A stretch of DNA of 64,000 nucleotides from Squalus acanthias (lineage: Eukaryota), in NCBI GenBank assembly GCA_030390025.1, contig CM059425.1, positions 170,502,001-170,566,000 of the forward strand, in the 5' to 3' direction. A program made the position numbers and the translations under genes. The notes below the pieces were generated by a model, which searched no databases, had not been told where the DNA came from, and was given only the letters and a program-made list of their open reading frames with translations. Below, one piece after another: positions 40,000 to 53,049 of this stretch (the stretch's first letter is position 1; every line of letters begins with the position of its first letter).

Positions 40000-41401
40000 G
40001 GCCGGAATTTTCCCCTAAAAAACGGGTGGGTTTGGAGCGTGGGGGTAGTTAAAGTGTTAAAAATGGGATTCCCGACCTGATCCCGCCTCCAACCCGCCCA
40101 CTTCCAGTTTTAACAGGAGTGGGGTGGGATGGGGGGTGTTGGGCGACGAACCCACTCCCAGGGGGGCGGAATGTTGATTTAAATATTATAATGAGGCTGG
40201 TAACCTTTTTTTATACCTCTACTTTGAATTTAGCTGCATGTGGACAGGTTTCACACAAGTCGTGAAACCTGGAAATTAAAATGAGGCGGGGACTACTCCA
40301 GGAGATAAGTAAACATAGAAGCATAGAAGATAGGAGCAGGAGTAGGCCATTCGGCCCCTCTAGCCTGCTCCGCCATTCAATGCGATCATGGCTGATCATC
40401 CAAATTCAGAACCCTGTCCCTGCTTTCTCCCCATATCCCTTGATCCCTTTAGTTTTAAGAAATATATCCAACTCCTTCTTGAATATATTTAATGAATTGG
40501 CCTCTACTGCCTTCTGTGGGAGAGAATTCCACAGGTTCACCACTCTCTGGGTGAAGAGATTCCTCCTCATTTCTGTCCTAAATGGCTTACCCCTTATCCT
40601 TAGACTGTGACCCCTGGTTCTGGACTCCCCGACCAAAGTAGGTTTATACCAACCTCCTGGATCCAGGGTCCCGACAATACCCAGCACCCCCCGCGATCAA
40701 AGCCCGCACCACAAGGCCTCCGATCACCCACCCAGGCACCCCCCACCCCCACCAATGAGTCCGGCCACAATCTTCCGGTGCCCGACCACGATTCTCTCTC
40801 CTGCCCTGCCGATCCCCAGCCAAACTCCACCCACACCCGTCGTTACCCCGATCTTCCACCCCTCCTCCCAATCCTTGGCCGACTCCAAACCCCGGCTGAA
40901 CACCCCCCCCCCGCGACCCCCGACCTCCCCCGCGATCCCCGACCACTCCCCCCGATCCCCGACCACTCCCCCCGATTCCCCCCGCGATTCCCGACCACTC
41001 CCCCCGACCTCCCCCGCGATCTCCGACCTCCCCCCCCCCAGATCCATGACCTAGCCCATGCCGATCCCCTCACCCCCCGATCCCCTGCCGACCCCCCAAC
41101 CCCGATCCTGCCCTCCCGCATCCGCGATCCTCCCCTGCTGATCCCCGACCACCCCCCCCTCACCCCTCGCGATCCCTCCCCTGGACCGACCCCTCACTCC
41201 CTCTCCGCATCTGAAGGCCTACCCACCCGCAGCCAGCCAGCCTCTCAATCAGCTAGCTGTGGGTGGGAATCCGAGGCCTCACATACAAATCAGGCCCTGC
41301 CATTAAAGTCGGCAGGGCCTGCGGAAACCCAGGAGGCCGGGTTTCCCACCCGCCTCAGAGGCCGCTGCCCCCAACCCGCCTACCTGGAGAAAATTCCGGC
41401 C
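40000..41401. mobile_element. Harbinger-type MITE with a nested CR1 3' end (40311-40632, -)
   Basis: Perfect TIR ggccggaattttc / gaaaattccggcc and TSD AAT. Confidence 0.85.
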
Positions 41402-41489
41402 AATGTGTGCTGGGGGAGGGAAAGCGATGCATGCTTGGAAGAGAATATTAAGGAGTGGATTTTCTCACGCACTCATACTCTAAACAGGT

Positions 41490-43160
41490 TAATAAGAACA
41501 CAAGAAATAGGAGCAGGAGTAGGCCATTCCGCCCCTCGAGCCTGCTTCGTCATTCAATAAGATCATGGCTGATCTGATCTTGTGATCTTGACCTCAACTC
41601 CACTTTCCTGCCCACTCCCATAACCCTTGACTCCCCTGTTTTTCAAAAATCTGTCTATCTCCACCTTGAATATATTCAGTGACTCCGCCTCCACAGCTCT
41701 CTGGGGTAGAGAATTCCAAAGATTCACGACCCTCTGAGAGAAGAAATTCCTCCTCATCTCTGCACCACTGTATTGCAGGCCTTCCTCCCCTTCTTAAAGG
41801 GGAGGGGCCTAGCGCAGCGCAACCAGGGGCCCAGCTGGGTCCCCGGGGATCGGGATTGCCGGCAAAAGAGCCCGGCACTCGAGACGTGCCGGGCTCATGG
41901 AGCGCAGCTGGCACTCCGCGGTGGGGGGGGGGGCGGGTAAGGAGGCCGGAGACTGGAGCGGAGGCAGGTGCTGGCAGGCAGCCAGCAACAAAAATGGCCA
42001 CCCCGCACCGCGCCTTTAAATAGCGCCTCCCCGGCCGCAGGTAGGCCCCCCTGACCCCGTCGGACATGGCGTCTGGCGGTAAGTCTGGGCGCTCCCAAAG
42101 ATCACGAGCGGGGCACTGCACACGGCGATGACATCATCGCTGGCGGCGCAGCGCCGCGGGGCGCTACCGGTTACCACCGCCGCTAACCTCCCGCTGAATT
42201 TCACGGGAGGCATTGGCAGCGCCGCGTCCGGGCGCTAGTTGCTTTGCACCCCGAGCAACCAAATTTTTCCCCCTTTGTGTACTCCTCACAACTTGCTTTC
42301 CCACCTATCTTAGTATCGTCAGCAAATTTGGCAATAGTACACTCGGTCCCTTCATCCAAGTCATTAATATAGATTGTAAATAGTTGAGGCCCCAGCACTG
42401 ATCCCTGTGGCACCCCACTAGTTACAGTTTGCCAACCTTAAAATGACCTATTTATTCTGATTTTCTGTTAGTTAGCCAATCCTCTATCAATGCTAATATA
42501 TTAACCCCAACACCATGAGCTCTTATCTTGTGCAGTAACCTTTTATGCGGCACCTTATTGAATGTCTTCTGGATATCCAAATACACTACATCTACTGGAT
42601 CCCCTTTATCCACCCTGCTCGTTACATCCTCAAAGAACTCTAGTAAATTTGTCAAACACGATTTCCCTTTCATAAAACCATGTTGAATCTGCTTGATTGT
42701 ATTATGATTTTCTAAATGTCCTGCTATTACTTCTTTAATAATGGATTCCAGCATTTTCCCAATGACAGATGTTAGGCTATTTGGCCTATAGTTTCTGCTT
42801 TCTGTCTCCCTCCTTTCTTGAATAGGGGAGTTACATTTGCGGTTTTCCAATCCGCTGGGACCTCTCCAGAGTCCAGGGAATTTTGGTAGATTACAACCAA
42901 CACATCCACTATCTCTGCAGCAACTTCTTTTAAAACCCTAGGATGCAGGCCATCAGGTCCAGGGAACTTGTCAGCCTTTAGACCCATTAGTTTGCCTAAT
43001 ACTTTTTCTCTGGTGATAGTGATTGTTTTAAGTTCCTCCCTCCCTATAGCCCCATGATTATCAATTATTATCGGGATGCTTTTAATGTCTTCTACCGTGA
43101 TGTCTTCTTTCCCTGTTTCCCATTATTAATTCCTCAGTCTCATCCTCTAAGGGACCAATA
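41490..43160 (-). mobile_element. CR1 LINE pieces with an intervening MITE remnant (41762-42273)
   Basis: [35 protein letters not shown] and a CR1 3' UTR. Confidence 0.85.
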
Positions 43161-43679
43161 TCTTTGTTAAAAGAGCACACAAAGAAATTCAGTATGAGCA
43201 TGTTAAGCATTCATATGAGAACATTGTCAATCAGAAAATAAACCCCTAAAAATCAGGGATAATGCAAATGTTCAGCATTTCCTCCTTTTTGTATCAAAAT
43301 TGAAAGATCACACTATCATTTGGTGACAGCCAGAAAAGAGCTGCCTAGAGCAAGTGACCCAGTTATCAAGACTTTTGTATGTAGCTTGGCTCAGTTGGTA
43401 AAATCCAAGCCTAGACCTTCAGCACATAATAAAGGCTGACACTCCATGCAGCACTGAAGGAGTGCTGGCTTGTCAAAGGTGTTATCCTTCAGATGCGATG
43501 TTTAAATGAACTCCCATCTGTCTGTTCTCCCAGTATCCTGGCCAACATTCCTGGCTCAAAAACACCATCGAAAACATTCATCTCATTGTTGTTTGTGGGA
43601 TCTTGAGAAATTGGCTACCACATAAGTCTACATAACAATAAAGTAATTCATTAAATGAAAGCATTTTAACAATGTGATA

Positions 43680-44977
43680 AGATATGGATTTACAAAAGGC
43701 AAATCGTGCTTGACTAATCTAATGGAATTTTTTGAGGATGTAACTGGTAAAATGGATAAGGGAGAACCAGTGGATGTGGTGTATTTGGACTTTCAGAAGG
43801 CTTTCGATAAGGTCCCGCATAAGAGATTAGCGTGTAAAGTTAAGGCACATGGGAATGGGGGCAAGGTATTGACTTGGATAGAGAACTGGTTGGCAGACAG
43901 AAAGCAAAGAGTTGGAATAAATGGGTCTTTTTCCGAGTGGCAGGCGGTGACTAGTGGGGTACCGCAGGGATCGGTCCTAGGACCCCAGCTATTCACAATA
44001 TATATTAATGATCTGGACGATGGAATTGGATGTAATATCTCCAAGTTTGCAGACGACACAAAGCTGGGTGGGAGTGTGTGCCGTGAGGAGGATGCCGAGA
44101 AACTCCAGTATAATTTGGACAGGTTGGGTGATTGGGCAGAAGCATGGCAGATGCAATATAATGTGGATAAATGCGAGGTTATCCACTTTGGTGTCAAAAA
44201 CAGGAAGGCAGATTATTATCTGAATGGCAATAGATTGGGAGAAGGGGAAGTGCAACGAGACCTGGGTGTCCTTGTGCACCAATCGCTGAAGGTAAGCATG
44301 CAGGTGCAGCAGGCGGTTAAGAAGGCAAATGGTATGTTGGCCTTCGTAGCAAAAGGGTTCGAGTACAGGAACAAGGATGTCTTGCTGCAGTTGTACAGGG
44401 CCTTGGTGAGACCACATCTTGAGTATTGTGTGCAGTTTTGGTCGCCTTATCTGAGGAAGGATGTTCTTGCCATGAAGGGAGTGCAGCGAAGATTCACCAG
44501 GCTGATACCCGGGATGGCAGGAATGGCGTATGAGGAGAGATTGGGTCGATTGGGCTTATACTCACTGGAGTTTAGAAGAATGAGAGGGGATCTCATTGAA
44601 ACTTATAAAATTCTAAGAGGTCTAGACAGACTAGATGCAGGAAGGATGTTCCCGATGGCCAGGGAGTCCAGAACCAGGGGTCACAGTCTAAGGATAAGGG
44701 GTAAGCCATTTAGGACTGAGATGAGGAGGAATTTCTTCACCCAGAGAGTGGTGAACCTGTGGAATTCTCTACCACAGAAGGCAGTAGAGGCCAATTCATT
44801 AAATATATTCAAGAAGGAGTTAGATATATTTCTTAAAACTAAAGGGATCAAGTGATATGGAGAGAAGGCAGGGACAGGGTACTGAATTTGGATGATCAGC
44901 CATGATCTCATTGAATGGCGGAGCAGGCTCGAGGGGCTGAATGGCCTACTCCTGCTCCTATCTTCTATGTTTCTATG
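43680..44977 (+). mobile_element. CR1 LINE, 5'-truncated, with near-intact RT
   Basis: 393-aa ORF with DFQKAFD, GVPQGS and FADD; ttctatgt tail. Confidence 0.94.
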
Positions 44978-45198
44978 TAAGTGCAGCCTTCTTTATTTTC
45001 CTTTTAGCATGTTAAATCAAATGGCTATAATACCCAGAGTACTCCACACAAAAATAGGTTGCAGGATGTGTGCGTTGACAAATATTCATGGAGGCCAAAT
45101 CAACAATTTACATAGGAACAGGAGTAGACCATTCAGCCCCTCAAGCCTATTCTACCATTCAATTAGATCATGGTTGATCTGTACCTGTATCTGTCAAC

Positions 45199-45662
45199 TG
45201 TGGCTCAGTTGGTATCACACTCGCGTCTGAGTCAGAAGGTCGTGGGTTCAAGTCCCACTCCAGGGACTTGCGCACATAACGCTTGGCTGACACTCTAGTG
45301 CAGTGCTGAGGGAGGGCTGCACTGTCAGAGGTGCCGTCTTTCGGATGAGACGTTAAACCGAGGTCCCGTTTGCTCTCTCAGGTGGACGTAAAAGATCCCA
45401 TGGCACTATTTCGAAGAAGAGCAGGGGAGTTATCCCCGGTGCCCTGGCCAATATTTCTCCCTCAACTAACATAACAAAAGAACAGATTATCTGGTCATTT
45501 TCACATTGCGGTTTGTGGGAGCTTGCTGTGCGCAGATTGACTGCCGTGTTTCCCACATTACAACAGTGACTACACTTCAAAAGTACTTCATTGGCTGTAA
45601 AGTGCTTTGAGGCGTCCGGTGGTCGTGAAAGGCGCTATATAAATGCAAGTCTTCCTTTCTTT
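45199..45662 (+). mobile_element. Full-length tRNA-derived SINE with an L2-like tail
   Basis: Pol III A box TGGCTCAGTTGG and B box GGTTCAAGTCC. The tail aaggcgctatataaatgcaagt matches the L2 3' end at ~35830-35852. A degenerate copy lies at ~43385-43670. Confidence 0.85.
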
Positions 45663-45869
45663 ACCTCAACTATATTTTTTCCACATCCTTTGATACCAAG
45701 GTTACCGCTAAGGTGCGCGCGCGCGGTCTGCAGTAATCTGAAAGGACCCACGCAGGCCAATGACCAGCTTTTACATTGTAAATACCGCGCATTCACAAAA
45801 ATTTAAAGGAACCACACATTAAAAGAAACAGGCCGCACAGAATAAAATGCAGCTTACAGGGAACATTGC

Positions 45870-48350
45870 TTGATACCCTTACCTAACAAAAATCTATTGA
45901 TCTCATTCTTGAAAATTTCAATTGTCCCAGCATCCTTTTGGTGGAGCGAGTTCCAAATTTCAGCTACCCTTTATGTGAGAAAGTGCTTCCTGATTTAACT
46001 CCTAAATGGCCTAGCTCTAATTTTAAGATTGTGCCCTCTTGTTCTGGATTGCCCCATCAGAGGAAATAGTTTCTCTGTGTCTACCCTATCGAATTCTTTA
46101 ATCATTTTAAGTATCTCAATTAGATTACTCCTCAACTTTACAAACTGAAGGGAATACAAGCCAAGTTTATTCAACCTGTCCTCATAATTTAATCCTTTAA
46201 GCTCCAGTATTATTCTGGCGAATCTGCACTGTATCCCTTCCAAAGCCAATATATCTTTCTTGAGGTTCGGTGCGCAAAACTGAACACAGTACTCCAGATA
46301 GGGTCTGGCCAAGGCTCTGTACAACTGAAGCATCACTTGCTCCCATTTGTATTCCAATCCCCTTGAGATAAAGCTAACATTCCATTAGCGTTTTTGATGA
46401 CATTTTGTACCTGTGCACTAGTCTTTAGTGATTTGTGTACCTGGACACATAAATCCCTTTGCTCCTCCACAGCATCTCCGAGTCTCTCACCATTAAGAAA
46501 ATATCCTCATTTGGCTCCAAAGTGGATGACCTCACACTTTCCTACACTGGACTCTACATGCACAGTGTTGCCTACTCACTTAGTTTGTCTATGTTGCTTT
46601 GTAACTTCCTGCTCCCATCCACACAACTTACTGTGCCTCCTAACTTAGTGTTGTTTGCAAACTTGGATATACAAATCTCTATTCTTTCATCCAAGTCATT
46701 AATATATATGGCGAGAAGCTGAGGCCCCAGTAAGGATCCGTGGAGAACACCACTTGTCACATCCCGCCTATCAGAGTACGAACACTTTATTCCTACTCTC
46801 TGTCTCCTACCTCACAACCAATTGCCAACACATGTGACAAGGTTACCTCCAATTCCGTGCGCTCTCATTTTTGCTAATAATCACTTGTGCAGACCCTTCC
46901 AGCACTCCTTCAGTACTGCATGGAGTGTCAGTTACTGTCTGTTTTGTGCTAAAGGTCTAGGCTAGGTTTGTTTACCAACAAGCTCTTTTCTGACCTTCAG
47001 GAAGTCCATATAGACAACATCCATATACATTCCCCTATCGACCACGGTAGTGACCTCCTCAAAAAATTCAACTAGAATAATTAGACATGACCTACCCTTC
47101 ATAAATCCAAAAACAAAATACTGTGGATGCTGGAAATCTGAAATAAAAACAGAAAATGCTGGAAATACTCAGCAGGTCAGGCAGCATCTGCAGAGAGAGA
47201 GAAACCGAGTTAACATTTCAGGTCGATGACCTTTTGTCAGAACTGGAAAAAATTGCAGATGTAACAGATTTTTAAGCAAGTGTGGGGGCAGGGAGAGCGG
47301 GGAGGGGAGGAAAGAACAAAAGGGAAGGTCTGTGATAGGATGGAAGGCAGGACAGATTAAGAGACAAAAGGTATGACGGTGCAAGGCATAAATCCATGCT
47401 AGCTCTCTTTGATCAACTGATACTTGTCCAAATGCTCAGTCACTCTGGCCCCGATATTTACAGGAAGGTGGGAAGGGAGCAGGGGCGCGTGTCTGCGGCC
47501 AGGAATCCCAGAAATGCTAGGAACGCGATGGTCCCACCGAATTTAAAAGCAGAACCTCATTAGCATTTTAAAATCCGTTTCCCACCTGGCAGCCAGCCAG
47601 CTTGAGAGGCTGGCCAGCTGCTGGGCAGGAAAGCCAGCAGTCGAAGGCCACTATGGGAACCACTGGGGAAGGTCCCCAGCAATCAGAAAAGATCGAGGCA
47701 TGGTGCAGGGGAGGGGTGCGCGGCAGCCAGGAGGGAGAGATCGCGAGTTTGGGGGGGAGGTGCGCGGCCGATTGCGGTCGCAGGTTTGACTGTGGGGCCG
47801 GGGGAGTAGCACTCCTGCTCCTACTGGCCCACAAGCAGTGCCTTATAAAAAGCATTTACCTGCTGGATTCGGCTGCTCTCACCTTCCTTTAGCTGCCGGG
47901 TTTTCCCAAGTCCTAGGAAACCTGGCCTGCAGCTATTAAATTTAAATGGCCCCCAAAATCTGAGGAATGGAGCCTCATTAACATATTATAATGATGGACC
48001 TGCCTCTCCAGAGCGGGTTACTCGATGCCCCAAACCCGCCGTGGTTAAATTGGAAGTTGGCGCATTCATGTGGGTTGGGCTCGGGTTTCACATATTTACC
48101 GATTTAATCCCACACCGCCCCGAACCTGTCCCGCCTGTCGTGGGGGGTGTGAGTTAAAATTCCCCCCTCTGACTCGGATGATAAATTCCAGTAACTTCCC
48201 TACAATCGATGTTAAACTGACAGGTCTGTTGTTATCTGGTTTCTCCTTCCCTCCCTTCTTAAATAACAATTTTCCAGCTGAAAGGCACAATTCCTGAATC
48301 TTGGGACCTTTATAAAAGATATAACTAATGCATCTGTAATGTCCTCAACT
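45870..48350 (-). mobile_element. Old fragmented CR1 with nested Penelope-like (47110-47385) and MITE (47447-48168) insertions
   Basis: Decayed CR1 ORF2 motifs (LARPYLEYCVQF, SKFANNTKLGG, RPVSLTSIVGKLLE). Confidence 0.7.
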
Positions 48351-48864
48351 TAAAAATAAACAACATATCAGATTGCAAACTGAAAATCAAGCACTTAGCT
48401 AATGATCTGTGGACCACTAACATTGGCCGGAATTTTCACCTTCACGTTGGGTTGGGTGCGTGCGGGCAGCGTAGCGGCTCCGAAATGCAATATTGTGAAC
48501 AACGCGCTGCTCACAGCGACTTTCACCTAATGGCCCCAATTGAAAGAGTCATGCGCGATTCCCGGCCCTATTAAATAGTGCGGGTCTGATGACATCATCG
48601 ATGACTCGTTTCCAGTGCCCATATTTAAAGCACTGAACTCACTTGAAGGTTTCCAGAGGAGGGTGGAAGGTGTCAAGGAAAGGCCGCAGGAGAGATAAAA
48701 CTTTTGAAACATGGATAGCCAAAGGCAGAGGACTGCACCTCGGTTCTGATTCTTCCTTGCAAACTCTTGTGGAGGCTGTCAGAGCCTACAGGAAGGTCCT
48801 CTTCCCTGCTGACAGGCAAAGGAGACCTCCACAAGCAACAAAGAGAGCCTGGCTGGATATTGCT

Positions 48865-50322
48865 TGTAGGGGGTGGTGGTTTGTGTCAGCTTCACCTCTG
48901 ACTTCTGAGCGGTTCGAATCGCTCCCACTCCCTTAGTTCTAGACCTTGGACTTATTTGGGGGTTGTGATAAAAGGTGCAGCAGACAACTGAGTTTGATGA
49001 AAGAACTTCAATCTTTATTAAAAGGTAAAACACAATAATAACACTCTAAAGGTGGGGAACACTTCGGTACAAGCGGGGGAAATGACAGTAGAACAATACT
49101 TCACCCCTCCCAACCCCACTTTACTAGCTAAGTTAGGCTTTGAAGGACCAGGGATAATGCTCACCAATCCTTTGACAGTTGGGCTAAATCGCGGTTTTGG
49201 GGTTCGCTGTTTATGGCGGTTAGTGTCTGCCGTACCCCATACACGGTAGAGGACTTCACCTGCGTATCTGGTCAGTCTTCGCGAGTCCGCTGATGCGGTA
49301 GGATGTCGGTTTGGATTTATCTGGTGAGTACCCAATTTCTTTTGGTTAGCAATAGGGTTTAGAGTCTTTGGGAAAATCTTACCCAGGGGTAAGTCAGGAG
49401 TAGATTGTAGAGTGGAAACTTTGCGGTTCTTCGGGTTTTCTTTCCTTGAGTTGGTCTTTGTTGGTCGCGGTGGCCTGCTATTACCCGGTCAGTTGGGGGT
49501 AATATGCGGTTGTTGGTTTCGTGAGGCCTTTGGTTTCTGCGATGGTTTTAGGCCTTGTCTAGTGTGTCGGTCGACCTCGTGGAGCCATCGGTGGCTTTTC
49601 GGCTTGTTGCTCCGGGTGACTGTGTTGGGACCGTTGTTGGAGGTCCGTCGAGGTGGCATCTTCACGAGTTGGACTCAGGTGTGTCTGAGTGGTGAGCGAT
49701 GCCGACTCGCTTCCAGCTCAACTTGGGTCTGTGATGTTGCTCCTTGTCTCCACACTCAACTGTGTGTGTGATGCTGATGACCCGCTTGTCTCGACTGTCG
49801 AAGCCCTTAACAGGCCTTCGTTACCAGTAACTGCTCTGTAAGTGTGAAATGGTTTTTGGGATGACTTGCATCCTGACGATTTCCGTAGTTGATCACTGGT
49901 GATTGGTTTCGTGTTTGGTTTTCTAGGCTGGACTCGGTCTTTCTATAGAATGGGTCTGAGTGGTTTTTATTATGCATGTTTCTGATGGGCCCTGTAATTG
50001 GTTTTGATGGGGCCTGTATTTTGGGTGGGACTGCACTTTCCCTGGGTCTATTGTTCAAATGTTAATGTCTGCTGGGGCTTGAGTGAGGTCATCCCGGTTC
50101 CCCAGACAGTGCAATTAACTGCAATAACCAAAACTGCTTTTACAGAGGTAGACCCTACTTCCTGGTCCCTTTACAGGCCCAGACATGTTTTTAAAATGCC
50201 AAAACTTGGTTTTTGGTCTTAAATTCCTTAGGTTAGGCACAACTGCATTTCACCACCCTGTAATAGTTCCAAAGTCCTTTTTCCTTAGGTTTTGGGGATC
50301 TGTAAATTTTGGAAACCTTACA
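48865..50322 (-). repeat. 3' LTR (1458 bp)
   Basis: Direct repeat of 59122-60578. AATAAA at 49014-49019 (-). PPT AGGGGGGAC at 50323-50331 (-). Confidence 0.95.
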
Positions 50323-50618
50323 GTCCCCCCTGCGATACTTTACTCACTATAGTATCGTCCTGGGTGGACAAAATTCCTGATCCTCGAAAGCCAACCTTCC
50401 CCTGTATTACCTAAACTAAAACCCAAAAACATACATTCCCCTTTTTGGTGTAGTGTTCCAATACATACAGGTAAGAATCAATAATACATACACATCCAAG
50501 CATTTAGGGGGTCCAACACCCCTGCACCACTTGGAAAAGAAAACAAAATACATACATAGAAAGAAAATAACACACGATCACAAAACTTCTTTATTTTTAG
50601 AATCGATTCAGGCTTGTT

Positions 50619-52953
50619 TTATACTTGGTAAACTTTATTGTAATGTTTTTCCCAGGCTTTCTCATGCCGGGAATGGAGCATTCTGTCCTTCCCCTTGCAT
50701 TTTATACACAGTAAGTACAAGACTATCCCGAGCTGGCAAACCACTAAGATGTGGGAGGCCATCCTAATCTAGGAAGGAACCTGTATATTCTCAAAAATGT
50801 CCCACTAGGGTGGAACCGTGATGGCCGAAATCTCAGCCCCTATCTCGAGTGTCTTTTGTTCTAGGATGTAGAAATGCTTTTGTGATACCTCTACAGCTTT
50901 AAGTAAGACGGTAAGGTGTTCAGACAGAGGGGGAATTTTATAGCCGAAGAAGGTGACATAGTTTTGCAGGTTGGTAATGTTTTCCCTTACAGTGAGGTCA
51001 ACAGTTGAGGGTTCAGGAATGGGGACAATCCGTTCCTGGGCCACTTGAACTTCTGCCTCAGGTTTAAAGCAGAAACTGCTGTCACTCACCGGACACCAAA
51101 AGTGCTGTCCATGCTGGTAGTGGGGCGCACTTGTGGTGACACAATATGTCCCACCCCCTATGAATGCTACCTGTGGGGGAACATTGCCTTGTGCCATTAC
51201 CTCCATGGTACAGTTAATAGGTCGTGCGCCAGCAGCTTTAAACCTGCACTGTGGTCTAGAATAGGCGTTCAAGTGCTGGGGACACAGTATTATGTGTGAA
51301 CTCCGGCACCGGGAGAGGTCAGTACCTGTCATAGCGTGCTCCCACTTTATGACATAAGGTGGGACCGCTGCGAAACGGACGTGTGCACCCCCTTGAATGA
51401 TCCCAATGTTCTCCACCCTGTATACCAGTGCGGGTCGGGCTGTCCCACCCATGACCGGCATCCTCACTACTATCCCCATGATAGTGTGATTGGAAGCCCA
51501 CAATCTACTGGGACTGGGTAGGCTTCAGAGGCTAGGCAGAGCTGACACGGGCTCAGTAAATTGCTGAACGGGTGGAGGGCTGCGAGGTGTTTGTTGCTAA
51601 TCCAGGAGGGGACTAAACCTTGTTTTAAATCCTCCAGGTTGCTGCGGCCCTCGCCCAGCAACCATGCCCCATATAGCACACACACCTCATTCTGTGCAGC
51701 CTGATCTGAAGCATTCCTATCCTCCCGTATGAGTGCATTCACTGTTTTTGCGTGTCTCTCTAGCTCAGCAATGATCTCCTTTTAAATGGACCGTCATAGC
51801 TTGGTCCTCATGTAGCTCTGAGCCTACCACTGTGTTCTCTCCCTTTAGGATCTTTCTTAACTGGGTTTTTAAACCATTTATCTGTGTTTGTAGCTCTGTC
51901 ATCTAGGCTATTTATTACTGAGGATCCTGTATTATAGGTTGTGAAAATATCGTTCCAGGTCACCCTTCTTTGTCTCCCTGCGCCCATGGTGCGCTTAGGG
52001 TGTAATCTGTACAGTTCTGCTTTGTCCACGTTGGCAAAGTCGAATTCATAGAATTTCCTAAACATTTCTTTTAGCAGTGCCTGGTATAGCTGTTCTGTCT
52101 CCTTAGGACACCATTTAGGTAAGTGTACCTCGGTAAGGTTTAATATAACTGAAGCTACTGCATAGTGTACCCCCTGGTATAGTACCTTTTTGGTCGGTAC
52201 TAGTACTCGCCCATTCTCTGGTCCCTTGGTGGTGGTAGGACACCTCTCTACTACTGTCCGTGAGGTCGTGGTCATGGGCAGGGGCTTTCGGGGGCGTGCC
52301 ACGAGTTCGGTGGCGTTGACTGGGGTCGGAGAGTGTGGGAGCGCGCACGCATGCAGGCTAGAATCCCACCCCATCCCTTTCCCGGCATCTTGCCATTGTC
52401 TGGAGAAGATGATGGATATGCCTGTGGGGCAGGCTTTCTCTGACCCCCACATACAGACATAGACTCCCTGTTCCAACTCCCACCACTTATCCCAACACAC
52501 ACTCACTCCCCCTTGGGTCCCTGTGATTGTCCGGTAGGTGTCATTCCCTAGTCGTTCCCAGTCGGTTGTATGGTCCCCTGCGTCCCTGCTTAGCTTCCTG
52601 AGTCACCACCACCTGTTCAGGGGAATCCGTCCCTTGCAGGTAAGGCACACACGTTTCCCCTCGGTGACACTGACCCTTGTGGCAACGACCTGTACTCTGG
52701 GACATGGGAGGGAGGCCTCCCCGTACGTGAACCCGGTCTGGCTGGAGTATCTTGTAGAATTGGACCCCACCCACCCTGGCCACCTTCCCTCGTGGAAGTA
52801 GATGGCGAGCTCCTCCACTCCCCGCTCGCCACCCCCTGCGGTGACGACTGGTGCTCTCTCTCCCGAGCACCCATAGATGTGGGAGTCCTCCACGTCACCT
52901 CGGTCACCGATGCTCACCCCTACCAGGGCGAGCAGGAGCAGAACCCTTCTCAT
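50619..52953 (-). pseudogene. env: env: class I fusion glycoprotein (F-like) with stops and frameshifts
   Basis: Signal peptide MRRVLLLLALVGVSIG, furin site RQRR (51964-51975), heptad region, Cys-rich ectodomain, TM segment HILVVCQLGIVLYLLCI and a short tail ending YQV*. Confidence 0.85.
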
Positions 52954-53049
52954 GCCTATTTCCTTTCTGTAGGGACACACAAAACAGACAGCCATGTCCC
53001 GAGAAGGTTCTCTGGCTTGACAGGTGATCGAGTCTTGAGAATTTAAACT

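Noticed and set aside
40607..41560. 317-aa Pro-rich ORF
   Set aside because: Runs across a CR1 end and the low-complexity interior of a MITE.
45199..45275. tRNA gene
   Set aside because: It is the tRNA-derived head of a SINE and continues into the SINE body and tail.
49018..49771. ORFs of 105-119 aa present in both LTRs as possible accessory genes
   Set aside because: Non-ATG starts and no recognisable motifs; their conservation follows trivially from LTR identity.
50769..50807. APOBEC-type hypermutation suggested by two probable TGG>TAG stops in env
   Set aside because: Only two events and no consensus for comparison; other stops fit CpG decay.
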